Origin: Methanobacteriota archaeon
GTDB taxonomy: Archaea > Methanobacteriota > Methanobacteria > Methanobacteriales > Methanobacteriaceae
DNA length: 13,858 bases
Reading direction: 5' to 3'
NCBI GenBank assembly: GCA_963787255.1
Contig: CAWBCJ010000014.1
Location: 1-13,858 of the forward strand
The notes below the pieces were generated by a model. It was not told where the DNA came from, searched no databases, and saw nothing but the letters and a program-made list of their open reading frames with translations. The translations under genes were made by a program, and so were the position numbers. Numbering within the stretch: the first letter of the stretch is position 1; each line of letters begins with the position of its first letter. Shown here piece by piece: positions 1 to 8,465 of the stretch.

Positions 1-1
1 T

Positions 2-238
2 GGACGCTTACAGAACTTTTATATTTGGACTCCAGAACATGTTAAATCCTATTTAAAAGGACAAAAAGCTTATGTTTGGGCTTTAAGAGTTTATGAATTA
101 AAAGAACCGTTCATGGCAGAACCTACTCCTGGTGCTATTCGTTATGCTAATTTAAAGCAAGGAGTGTCGCTTGAGGGTATTAAGCCTGTTTTAGGTGATG
201 ATGAATTTTCTAAAATTGTTAATGCAGTTGGAAAATAA
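2..238 (+). CDS. 3' end of a DUF1802-like protein (partial, runs off the window start)
   Basis: Open frame from position 2: GRLQNFYIWTPEHVKSYLKGQKAYVWALRVYELKEPFMAEPTPGAIRYANLKQGVSLEGIKPVLGDDEFSKIVNAVGK, with TAA at 236-238 followed by a T-rich tract. The IWT..., LRVY.L.EP and PVL.D.EF segments resemble DUF1802 C-termini (recalled family pattern). Not in the supplied ORF track. Confidence 0.7.
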   Translation, partial: GRLQNFYIWTPEHVKSYLKGQKAYVWALRVYELKEPFMAEPTPGAIRYANLKQGVSLEGIKPVLGDDEFSKIVNAVGK

Positions 239-532
239 TTTATTTTTTCTTTTTCTCTATTTCTGGACATATGCATTAAAATGCGTACTACTGCTTTAAT
301 TTGCATCATCAGATTACATCCATGCATAATTATAATTCACTTCATGTATTTAGTCACGTGTACATTATATTCCCTTAATTTTATCATCTGTAATGCATAT
401 GTTCTTAACCAAGAAATGTATGTTGCCTGGATAGTTTAAAGAAATTAAACTAGTATTATGTACTACTTTTAAGTATATTGTAGAAGTTTCAATTATATGA
501 TATCTAATTGCAAACTTACTCTATTTACTATG

Positions 533-661
533 CTATTTTTCACTAAAATAATCCAGCCAAAAGCCCATGCATTCATTATATGCTGGACATTCAGTACAAC
601 GGGACTTATGAGTATTTTCTTCAGTGTTAGGCTTTATTATATTCCTTTCTAGATTCTCCAT
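533..661 (-). CDS. Putative 42-aa small protein with CxxC-x5-C motif
   Basis: Manual translation: MENLERNIIKPNTEENTHKSRCTECPAYNECMGFWLDYFSEK* (ATG 661-659, TAG 535-533). SD-like GAAGGT lies just upstream on the minus strand, and an AT-rich promoter-like region at ~700-730 is shared with the divergent flavodoxin gene. Confidence 0.5.
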   Translation of the reverse strand: MENLERNIIKPNTEENTHKSRCTECPAYNECMGFWLDYFSEK

Positions 662-785
662 TTAAAGAAACCTTCTTTATAATCATGTTAATTAATTTTT
701 ACATATAATATTCTTTTAATATAATATATATCACTATTATTTGCTGCTTTTTAGGTGTATGAGTATAAAAGTTAAAATTAATAAG

Positions 786-845
786 TTTTATAATTGTTAA
801 TAGGGTAGTAAACATATTAAGATTATAATATAATTATTCAGGTGA
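786..845 (+). promoter_or_regulatory. Candidate TATA box and Shine-Dalgarno site for flavodoxin
   Basis: TTTTATAA at 786-793 preceded by an A-rich stretch; GGTGA at 841-845, 5 nt before ATG 851. Confidence 0.45.
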
Positions 846-850
846 TTTAA

Positions 851-1330
851 ATGAAAATATTAGTTGTTTTTTATTCAAGATCGGGTAATACTCGCAGAGT
901 CGCTGAAGAAATTAGAAATAACCTTAATTGTGATATTGAAGAAGTGATAGATACACAGGATCGATCAGGTGCTGTAGGATATATGCGTTCTGCAATTCAT
1001 GCCATGAGAAAAACCCCCGCGATTATAGAAGAAATAAAAAATAATCCAGCAAATTATGATCTTCTAATTATAGGTACGCCTGTTTGGAATATGAAAATGT
1101 CTACACCAATTCGAACATATATTACACAAAATCATGCTACTAAAATGGCATTTTTCGCTACCGCAAGTGGACCTAGCTTTGCTGGTGCTTTTAATGAAAT
1201 GGCAGAACTTAACGGAACATCACCCTTAGCTGAAATGGGTTTAAGGGCAAAAGAAGTAAAGGATGGAAGTTATAAATCTAAAGTAGCTGAATTTGTTAAA
1301 AAAATCAGTAATCTGAATAAGCAGGAATAA
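851..1330 (+). CDS. Flavodoxin family protein (FMN-binding)
   Basis: MKILVVFYSRSGNTRRVAE carries the FMN phosphate-binding loop; also YDLLIIGTPVW and MAFFATASG strands; 159 aa; GGTGA SD. Confidence 0.92.
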   Translation: MKILVVFYSRSGNTRRVAEEIRNNLNCDIEEVIDTQDRSGAVGYMRSAIHAMRKTPAIIEEIKNNPANYDLLIIGTPVWNMKMSTPIRTYITQNHATKMAFFATASGPSFAGAFNEMAELNGTSPLAEMGLRAKEVKDGSYKSKVAEFVKKISNLNKQE

Positions 1331-1400
1331 TTATTATAGAAGAAAATTACATAATATAAGAATATATAATCTAAATTAAATGTATAAGGAATGATATTTT

Positions 1401-2027
1401 ATGCCAATGATATGTCCAGAATGTGGAAAGAAATTAAGAAAAAAGGAAATATTTTGTCCCGAATGTGGAATGGCGGGGGAATTGGAGGATGAATCCAAAA
1501 AGAATAGAAAATCTACTATTGATAAAAAAATTTATGATTATTTAAAACAAGAATTTAAGGATGTTTATGCCGTAGGATATGATAATGTTGAAGGTATTGA
1601 CATTTTTGCTGAAAGAAACTCAACATCCGAAGAAAGATTAACAAGATGGATAAAAGATTCCGCTTCTTTGGTTTTAAAGGATAAAAAGGCATTTTTATCT
1701 GTTGAAATGATGCCTAATGTCAATACTACTCCAATTGCAGTGGCAGGAAATGTATTGATCCATTCAATAGGTGATTCTGCCCTTGTCAAGTTTAATAGGA
1801 AAAATGAAGTTGAGTATAGCTTAAGTGACAAAGAATTTCCTAGATATTTATTAATTGTAATTCCTGATCCTGGTGAAGGTGTAGCATCCAACAAGAAAGA
1901 TCAGATGGAGATAATTGAACATTCAATTAAAGAAATGAAATTTTTAGAAAATTCATCACTTAAAGACTTTAAAATATGTTTAATGAATGACTTTGAAGCA
2001 GAAATTAAAGATCTATTAAATGAATGA
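1401..2027 (+). CDS. N-terminal zinc-ribbon domain protein with uncharacterised alpha/beta C-terminal domain
   Basis: CPECG-x9-CPECG (two CxxC knuckles) at the N-terminus; 208-aa ORF with normal codon usage; AGGA upstream. Confidence 0.85.
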   Translation: MPMICPECGKKLRKKEIFCPECGMAGELEDESKKNRKSTIDKKIYDYLKQEFKDVYAVGYDNVEGIDIFAERNSTSEERLTRWIKDSASLVLKDKKAFLSVEMMPNVNTTPIAVAGNVLIHSIGDSALVKFNRKNEVEYSLSDKEFPRYLLIVIPDPGEGVASNKKDQMEIIEHSIKEMKFLENSSLKDFKICLMNDFEAEIKDLLNE

Positions 2028-2042
2028 TACAAGAGTTCATAT

Positions 2043-2068
2043 ACCCTCATTTAATGGGGTTTTTTTTT
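2043..2068 (+). terminator. Hairpin plus oligo-T terminator after the flavodoxin/Zn-ribbon genes
   Basis: ACCCTCAT-TTA-ATGGGGT-like stem (one G-U pair or bulge) running directly into a T9 tract (2060-2068), 16 nt after the stop codon. Confidence 0.6.
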
Positions 2069-2188
2069 ATTTTAGATATTTTTTTTAATAATTTTTGTTA
2101 AAATTAAATCGGAATTTATTTATTTTAATTAATTAAAATAATTATGAAACCTTTTTTTTATTAAGTTCCTATTTGGAGACAATATATA

Positions 2189-5100
2189 ATGGAAGATTCA
2201 GAAAACAAATTCAGGGAAATCTTTGAGAGATCACCTATTGGAATACTTTTTTTTGATAAAGAAGGTAAATTAGCTGATGCTAATCCTGCAGCGTTAGAAA
2301 TAGGTGGTATTCCTTCATTAAATGTTTGTAGGGAAGTCAATTTGTTTAGTGATCCCCATATTGCTTCAAGAAAGGAAGAATTACTTGAAAAGGGTTTGAT
2401 TAAGTTTCAAGCTCCCATAAATTTTGATAAAATTAACAAACTTGGTTTTTATACTCCTACAAAGTCCGGAATTGCTTTTATTGATTATACTGTTTCTGAT
2501 ACTGATTCTGGCTATTTAGTACAAATCCAAGATATTACAGTGCGTAAAAAAAATGAAGAGGCTTTAAGAGAATCTGAAGAACTAAACCGAACAATTCTTA
2601 GTAATATTTCGAATGCAGTTTTTATAACAGATGATAAAGGAAAGTTCACTTACATCTGTCCAAATACTGACATAATTTTTGGTTTTTCACCCAGGGAAGT
2701 AGAAAAATTAGGGGATATTTCTAAATTACTTGGAAATAATATATTTGATTTGGACGATTTGAGGAATAAAGGCGAAATACAGAATATTGATCATGAAATT
2801 ACAGATAAAAAAGGAAAATTGCACAATTTACTGATTAATGTAAAAAATGTATCCATTAAAGGAGGTACTATACTTTATACGTGCCAAGACATAACTGAAC
2901 GTGAAAAAGCTGAAAAACTTCTTAAAGAAAGTGAAAATAAATTCCGTAGCTTTTATGAGCTTCCTTTAATTGGTATTGGAATTAATTCGCCTGATAAAGG
3001 TTGGGTTGAAGCAAATGATAAGCTTTGTGAGATTTTAGGTTACTCTCGTGAGGAATTATTCAAGACAACATGGGATGAACTTACATATCCCGATGACCTT
3101 GATAAAGACCTGGAGCAATTTAATAGACTCCTTAATGGTTATATTAATAGTTATACTATAGAAAAAAGGTTCATACATAAGGATGGTTCTGTTGTTTATA
3201 CCGATATTTCCATAGGACTCATCAGAAATGAAGATAATAGTGTGAAGTATTCTGTGGGATTAATGAAGGATATTTCAAGACGTAAAAAAGCTGAAGAAGC
3301 CCTGAAATCTTCTGAACAGAATTTAAGAAATATATTCGACTCATCCCCCATAGACATTGCTATAATAGGTCTCGATGGCAAAATTATTGATGTCAATAAA
3401 GCAGTCCTCAAGTTACATGGTTATTCACAGAAAGAAGAAGTTATAGGAAATGACCTACTCTACTTGGTTGATAAAGAATATCACAAAAAAGTCGCTGCGA
3501 AATGGGAAGAAATGCTGAAGAAGGGTTATGTAAATGATGTTGAGCTGGTTCAGTTAAAAAAGGATGGTCAAAAGGTTAACACCATCATCTCTGCCACTCT
3601 CCTAAATGACGATGCAGGGGACCCCTATGCCTTTCTTTCAATAGGACAAGACATTACCGAACGCAAAAAAGCTGAAGAAGCTTTGCGAAAAAGCGAACAA
3701 AGGATGAATAGGTCGCAGGAGATTGCCCATATTGGTAGTTGGGAACTTGATCTTGTAAATGACCACCTATTCTGGTCAGATGAAGTATACATAATCTTTG
3801 GCTTACAGCCGCAGGAATTTGGCGCTACATATGAGGCATTCATTGAAGCAGTACACCCTGATGACCGTACCGCAGTTGATGAAGCATATTCTGGTTCACT
3901 GCGTGAGGGAAGAGATACTTACGAGATTGAACATAGGGTAGTAAGAAAATCAACTGGCGAAGTTCGTTTTGTTCATGAAAAATGTGAACACTTCAAGGAT
4001 GATTCTGGCCAGATTATTCGATCAGTGGGAATGGTACATGATATTACTGATCGCAGGAAAATGGAAGAAGAGTTAAGGCAAGCACGCGATAATTTAGAGT
4101 TGAAAATAGAGGAGAGGACAGCAGAACTTCATAGAGCTTATGAAACGTTAGATGAAAGTGAAGAGAAATTCCGTGAAATATTCAACAAAGCAAATGATAT
4201 GATTACACTGGTTGAATTTGGGGAAAATGGCCTACCTGGAAGGTTTTTAGAAGTAAATGACGTTGCAACTGAAAGATTAGGTTATAGTAAGGAAGAATTT
4301 TTAAAAATGAATACAGTTGAGATAATTGATCCTGAATATAGGCCTCAAATGGTTGAAAACGCAAAGAACTTAATTAAAAATAGACATATAAGATTTGAAA
4401 TCGTAAATGTGGATAAATGGGGCACGAAGATTCCGGTTGAAGTTAGTGTTCATATTTTTAAGCTTAGAGGGAAGAATGTTATCCTTGCAATTTCTCGCGA
4501 TATCAGAGAGCGTAAACAGGCAGAAAAACAGTTAAAAAAACTTGTAAAAGATTTAAAACGTTCAAACGAAGAATTACAACAGTTTGCTTATGTATCCAGT
4601 CATGATTTACAAGAACCACTGCGAACTATTGCAAGCTTCACACAGCTTATTGAAAGACGTTATAAAGGCCAGTTGGATAGTGATGCTGATGAATTCATGG
4701 ATTATATTGTAGATGCAACAAAGAGAATGCAGACAGCTAATCAATGATTTATTACAATATTCCAGAGTTGCAACAAGTGGAGAAGAATTCAAGGCAAGTA
4801 GATACAGAAGAGGTTTTGGATAGTGTTTTATCTAATCTTAAGTCTTCAATTGAAGAAAATAATGCAGAAATCACACACGATCCGCTGCCAACAGTCATGG
4901 CTGATAAATCGCAATTAATTCAATTATTCCAAAATCTGGTGGGTAATGCTATTAAGTTTAAAAAGCCGGATGAACCTCCAAGGATCCATATCTCAGCACG
5001 AAAAGATGAACAAAAGAATGAATATCTATTTAGTGTCAGTGATAATGGTATTGGAATGGAACCACAATATGCAGAACGTATTTTTGTAATATTCCAGCGC

Positions 5101-5250
5101 CTGCATACACGAGAGGTATATAAAGGAACAGGAATCGGACTTTCAATAGTAAAAAGGATTGTTGAACGTCATGGTGGGCGTATTTGGGTTGAATCCGTGT
5201 TGGGTGTTGGTTCTACTTTTTATTTTACAGTTCCATTTAAAATAAGTTAA
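2189..5250 (+). CDS. Soluble six-PAS sensor histidine kinase (COG4251-like HisKA + HATPase), split by two +1 frameshifts at ~4733 and ~4794
   Basis: Six PAS/PAC units, each ending in DI(T/S/R)xR(K/E/R) and a coiled-coil linker. H-box SHDLQEPLR, N-box QNLVGNAIKF, G1 DNGIG, F-box IFVIFQRL, G2 GTGIGL. Removing A4733 and G4794 gives the canonical RMQQLINDLLQYSRVATSGEEFKQVDTEEVL and joins ORFs 2189-4747 and 4744-5250 into 1019 aa. No transmembrane segment. Confidence 0.93.
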
Positions 5251-5258
5251 TTTAATGA

Positions 5259-5271
5259 TTTTTTTTTTTTT
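5259..5271 (+). terminator. Oligo-T tract, likely archaeal terminator of the kinase gene
   Basis: Run of 13 T starting 9 nt after the kinase stop codon. Confidence 0.55.
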
Positions 5272-5425
5272 ATTGGTTTGGATGTGCTTTTTGTGAGTAA
5301 ATTTATATTAGTCCTTTTAAAGTGTTCTATCTTTAGGAACATTAAGATTATATTTATTATAGTAATGTAAACCGAAAGGTGTTTTAATTCATTATTTGGT
5401 TTAGATATTAATTGATAGTATACTT

Positions 5426-5533
5426 GTGTATATAAGTTAACTTTTAATTTTAGTGTATTTGAATTCATTAGTGTAATTAAGTAAACTTTAAATTATATGT
5501 AACTATAAATTCATTAATGTAATTAAGTAAACT
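5426..5533. repeat. Direct repeats with 45-46 bp period upstream of the ATPase
   Basis: AATTCATTAGTGTAATTAAGTAAACT (5462-5487) and AATTCATTAATGTAATTAAGTAAACT (5508-5533) match at 25/26 positions. A degenerate third core, GTGTATATAAGTTAACT, begins at 5426. Confidence 0.85.
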
Positions 5534-5577
5534 AAAAAACTAAGTGAAATAAAAATGAATAAAGGGTGAACTATATA

Positions 5578-6765
5578 ATGCCAATTTTACCATTAGGAAT
5601 TCCTACTGATTTAGATAAATATTTTTATAATCGTGAAAAAGAGTTAATAACACTCAAATCTTTTTTAAATACACTTAATTATGATGTAGCTAACCAACTA
5701 CTAGTTACAGGACATAGAGGTGTTGGTAAATCATTTTTATTGAAGAAATTGTTAACTGAATTACCAGATAATATTCTCACAGTATATATAGACATATCAA
5801 AAATATTTGGTATTCAAAAAGGTAAGATAACAGAAGAATTAATAATGAATAGTCTTTTAGAAGCGATGAATGAGCCACTAAGAGAAGATATGGACGACTT
5901 GACAAAAGCATATGACATCGTTAAAGATCTTATAAGAAAAATTAGACAGAAAAAATTTGATTTTAAAGAAGCAGGGGCAGCTATGGGAATAGCAATTCCT
6001 GATATTAAGGATAATTATGAAAAACTGAGTAAATTTGTAATGGAATTCCCTCAAAGAGTAGTTGAGCTTTCAGATGGAGAAATAAATGGTTTTGTAATAG
6101 TGATAGATGAATTTCAACTTATAGGTGAATTAGAATCTCCTGAAGCATTTTTTTGGATGTTTAGAAGTTATACGCAAGAACAAGATAATGTAAGTTATAT
6201 TTTCACAGGATCAACGTCATCATCTAGTGATATTGTAGGTAAAATAAATGGTATAAACGGGGCTTTTGGTGGTAGAATGACTCATTATACTGTTGATCCA
6301 TTTACAAGGGAAGAAACTGAAGGTTATTTAAAAGAAAAGGTATCAGAGTTAAAATTTACTGAAAGTGGTTTAAATCGATATTATAGCTGTACAAGAGGAT
6401 ATCCTGCATATATAAACAGTTTTTGTAATACTATGTCTGGAGATGTAGAATATGATGATAAAATGGTTATTGAGACATTTTATACTAAAATTGAGCAAAT
6501 TGCTATTATGTGGACATCAATATGGGCTACACTTTCAGATAAAGAAAAAGATATTATTACAACAGTCATTGAAAATGGACCATTAAGTTGGGGTGATTTA
6601 CTAGCTAAAGTAGACTTCTCCAATAAAACGCTTGCAAAATATGTGAATATAATAAAAAATAAGGGCATATTGTCTCACTCAGACAAAAAATATATGATTG
6701 ATGACCATATGTTATCTGCATGGCTTAAATATAAAAAAGATCAGGATGGATTCTATCCTCCTTAA
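5578..6765 (+). CDS. Archaeal P-loop ATPase (COG1672/ATPase_2 type) with C-terminal winged helix
   Basis: FYNREKEL N-terminal motif, Walker A GHRGVGKS, Walker B VIVIDEFQ, YIFTGS sensor strand, TRGYP (GxP) motif and a wHTH-like C-terminus (LSDKEKDII...LSWGDL...TLAKYVNIIKNKGIL). Start moved from GTG 5566 to ATG 5578 because GGTGA (5565-5569) sits 8 nt upstream of it. Confidence 0.9.
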   Translation: MPILPLGIPTDLDKYFYNREKELITLKSFLNTLNYDVANQLLVTGHRGVGKSFLLKKLLTELPDNILTVYIDISKIFGIQKGKITEELIMNSLLEAMNEPLREDMDDLTKAYDIVKDLIRKIRQKKFDFKEAGAAMGIAIPDIKDNYEKLSKFVMEFPQRVVELSDGEINGFVIVIDEFQLIGELESPEAFFWMFRSYTQEQDNVSYIFTGSTSSSSDIVGKINGINGAFGGRMTHYTVDPFTREETEGYLKEKVSELKFTESGLNRYYSCTRGYPAYINSFCNTMSGDVEYDDKMVIETFYTKIEQIAIMWTSIWATLSDKEKDIITTVIENGPLSWGDLLAKVDFSNKTLAKYVNIIKNKGILSHSDKKYMIDDHMLSAWLKYKKDQDGFYPP

Positions 6766-6924
6766 TTAATTTCATTTAACCGCCATATATTATATATAAG
6801 TGTGGATTAATTTTGCATTATAATTCTTCCCCATCCCAAAAAAGTGAATTAACTCAGAATCGATCTGTGAGGATATTTCCATGGGAAGAGTGTGTAGTAT
6901 TTGGCCATACATTATTTTAAACCT

Positions 6925-7986
6925 TCATTTTTGCTTTATTTTTTCATCTCTGTAAGCCTGGTAGATAACATAAGTGGTTCCAACTATTAATGGGCCTATA
7001 AATAGTCCTGGAAGTCCTAATGTGATTGCTCCAAATATAAATCCAAGTAAAAAGACCAACGGATGAACTTCAGTATATTTACCGGCTAGACGGGGTCTGA
7101 TATACATGTCAACAGCAGTATCAATTAGCCAGCCAGCTATAATAACTATAATTCCTCTAATGAAGTTTCCAGTTATAATATCTAATATTCCCAGTGTACC
7201 GTACACTATCCATGGTCCTACGACTGGGATGAACTCTGAAATAGCTGTAATAATTCCAAGGAGAAGTATATAAGGATATCCGAGGATATAATAGAGTATT
7301 ACTGATAATAGGCCTAGGATAGCAGCGGTTATAACATTTACTATCATGATGGACTTTAAAATGTCATCAATCTCGTCCATATAATTTATTAAATGTTTCA
7401 TTTTTTGGAAGAAGGCTTTTTAAGAATGAAACGAATTTATCGCCGTCTTTAGCAAAATAAAAGATAGAAAAGAGTAAGATGACGATTTCTGTAAATAATG
7501 TGGGAATATATGCAACAGTAGCAATTATTTGACTTGAGCAGCCATGCAATAAATTGCCCGATCATTTTGGTGATTTCATTTAAATCATGGTATCAGCTAT
7601 ATTATTTAGAGGGTCCTAAAGTTTGGATATTAGCACGGGCTAAGGTAGTGTTTAGAGCAGCTGAAGCAATTGCAGTAGCTATTTGTAGTTGATGGTATTG
7701 ATCCAAGGAATTCAGTAGTAATTAATATGATTTGGCCTGCTGTAAAGTAAATCATTATTATTATTGGTGTTGATAAGAAGTGCCATTGCCAATAATATTG
7801 CTAATGTTTCATATTTAACAAAAGGTTTGATTTTAAGGGCTACTAGGCCGTACAATGTAGGCAATCATAGCTCCAAGTAGAACTAAACTTAAAATAGGGA
7901 ATAAAACTACCAGCTGAAAAAAGTGTAAATAGAACTAACAAGATTATTAAAGGAGATATTGACGTTATTTTAAGATTGGAAAGCAT
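6925..7986 (-). CDS. AI-2E (PerM/TqsA) family transporter, multiply frameshifted in this sequence
   Basis: C-terminal ORF has EFIPVVGP, DMYIRPRL and VHPLVFLLGFIFGAITLGLPGLFIGP; the middle fragment has FYFAKDGDK. The N-terminus read manually from ATG 7986 is MLSNLKITSISPLIILLVLFTLFSA/VVLFPILSLVLLGAMIAYIVRP/VALKIKPFVKYETLAILLAM. Frame breaks near 7910, 7845, several within 7550-7780, and near 7380. May be an intact gene with sequencing errors or a true pseudogene. Confidence 0.85.
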
Positions 7987-8172
7987 TATTTTTACTTGCC
8001 TCTAAATAATTTAATGGATTAAATTATTAATTATCTTTGATTTTGTCATAAAAAATACTTAAAGTTTTTATTCATTTCACAATAGTATACATTTGCTGCA
8101 TTCTTTAACTATCAAACATGTCATTGGGGTATGTTATTAGCTCTAAAAAAATATCATAAATTAAATTTGGGT

Positions 8173-8465
8173 ATGATTCTTCTGATTTAAAGATAGATTA
8201 AAGAAGGCATAACAGTAGTAAATAAAAATGGGGTAAATAACGGATATTCAATCAGCTGAATACTTTTTCGGAGTTAAAAAAGAAGAACTAATTGGAAAAG
8301 AAATACTATGACATCTTTCCAGAACCAGAAGACTCCCTATTTGAAAAGAATCTACAAGAAGCAATTGAAGAAAGAAAAATATCCGAAAAACTTTTAATTA
8401 AACCCACCCAAATTATATCATATGGAGAAAATAGTACTTGGACTCCCCAAAGGGAGCTTAAATAA
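8173..8465 (+). pseudogene. Partial PAS-domain coding sequence with frameshifts (remnant or mis-sequenced small gene)
   Basis: Stitched frames read IKEGITVVNKNGV/IT/xFN../AEYFFGVKKEELIGKE/YYDIFPEPEDSLFEKNLQEAIEERK, the typical N-terminal half of a PAS fold. The last frame stays open to TAA 8463-8465, overlapping the hisG start. The start at ATG 8173 is tentative. Confidence 0.65.
8383..8421 (+). promoter_or_regulatory. Candidate BRE/TATA promoter for a leaderless hisG transcript
   Basis: CCGAAAAA-C-TTTTAATTA (8383-8400) ends ~21 nt before ATG 8422, and there is no SD in the intervening AACCCACCCAAATTATATCAT. Confidence 0.5.

Noticed and set aside
142-327. 61-aa minus-strand ORF from the track
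   Set aside because: Overlaps the better-supported plus-strand DUF1802-like CDS and its T-rich terminator; no motif.
259-435. Possible decayed minus-strand gene (YPGNIHFLVKNICITDDKIKGI*...)
   Set aside because: Multiple stops and no recognisable family, so it cannot be supported.
4744-5250. Separate stand-alone HATPase gene
   Set aside because: Its N-terminus (MIYYNIPELQQVEKNSR) is out-of-frame kinase sequence; it is the 3' end of the PAS kinase.
5247-5468. 73-aa minus-strand ORF
   Set aside because: Low-complexity AT-rich translation across a terminator and the repeat region; no SD or motif.
5426-5533. CRISPR array or chromosomal origin (oriC)
   Set aside because: Only two good copies with a 20-bp AT-rich spacer and no cas genes. 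The adjacent ATPase is COG1672-type rather than Orc1/Cdc6, and the match to origin boxes is loose.
6743-6830. Fluoride riboswitch-like GGATGG...AACCGCC segment
   Set aside because: Lacks the downstream GCTGATGAC/GCTAATGA element, overlaps a coding 3' end and has no downstream gene on that strand.
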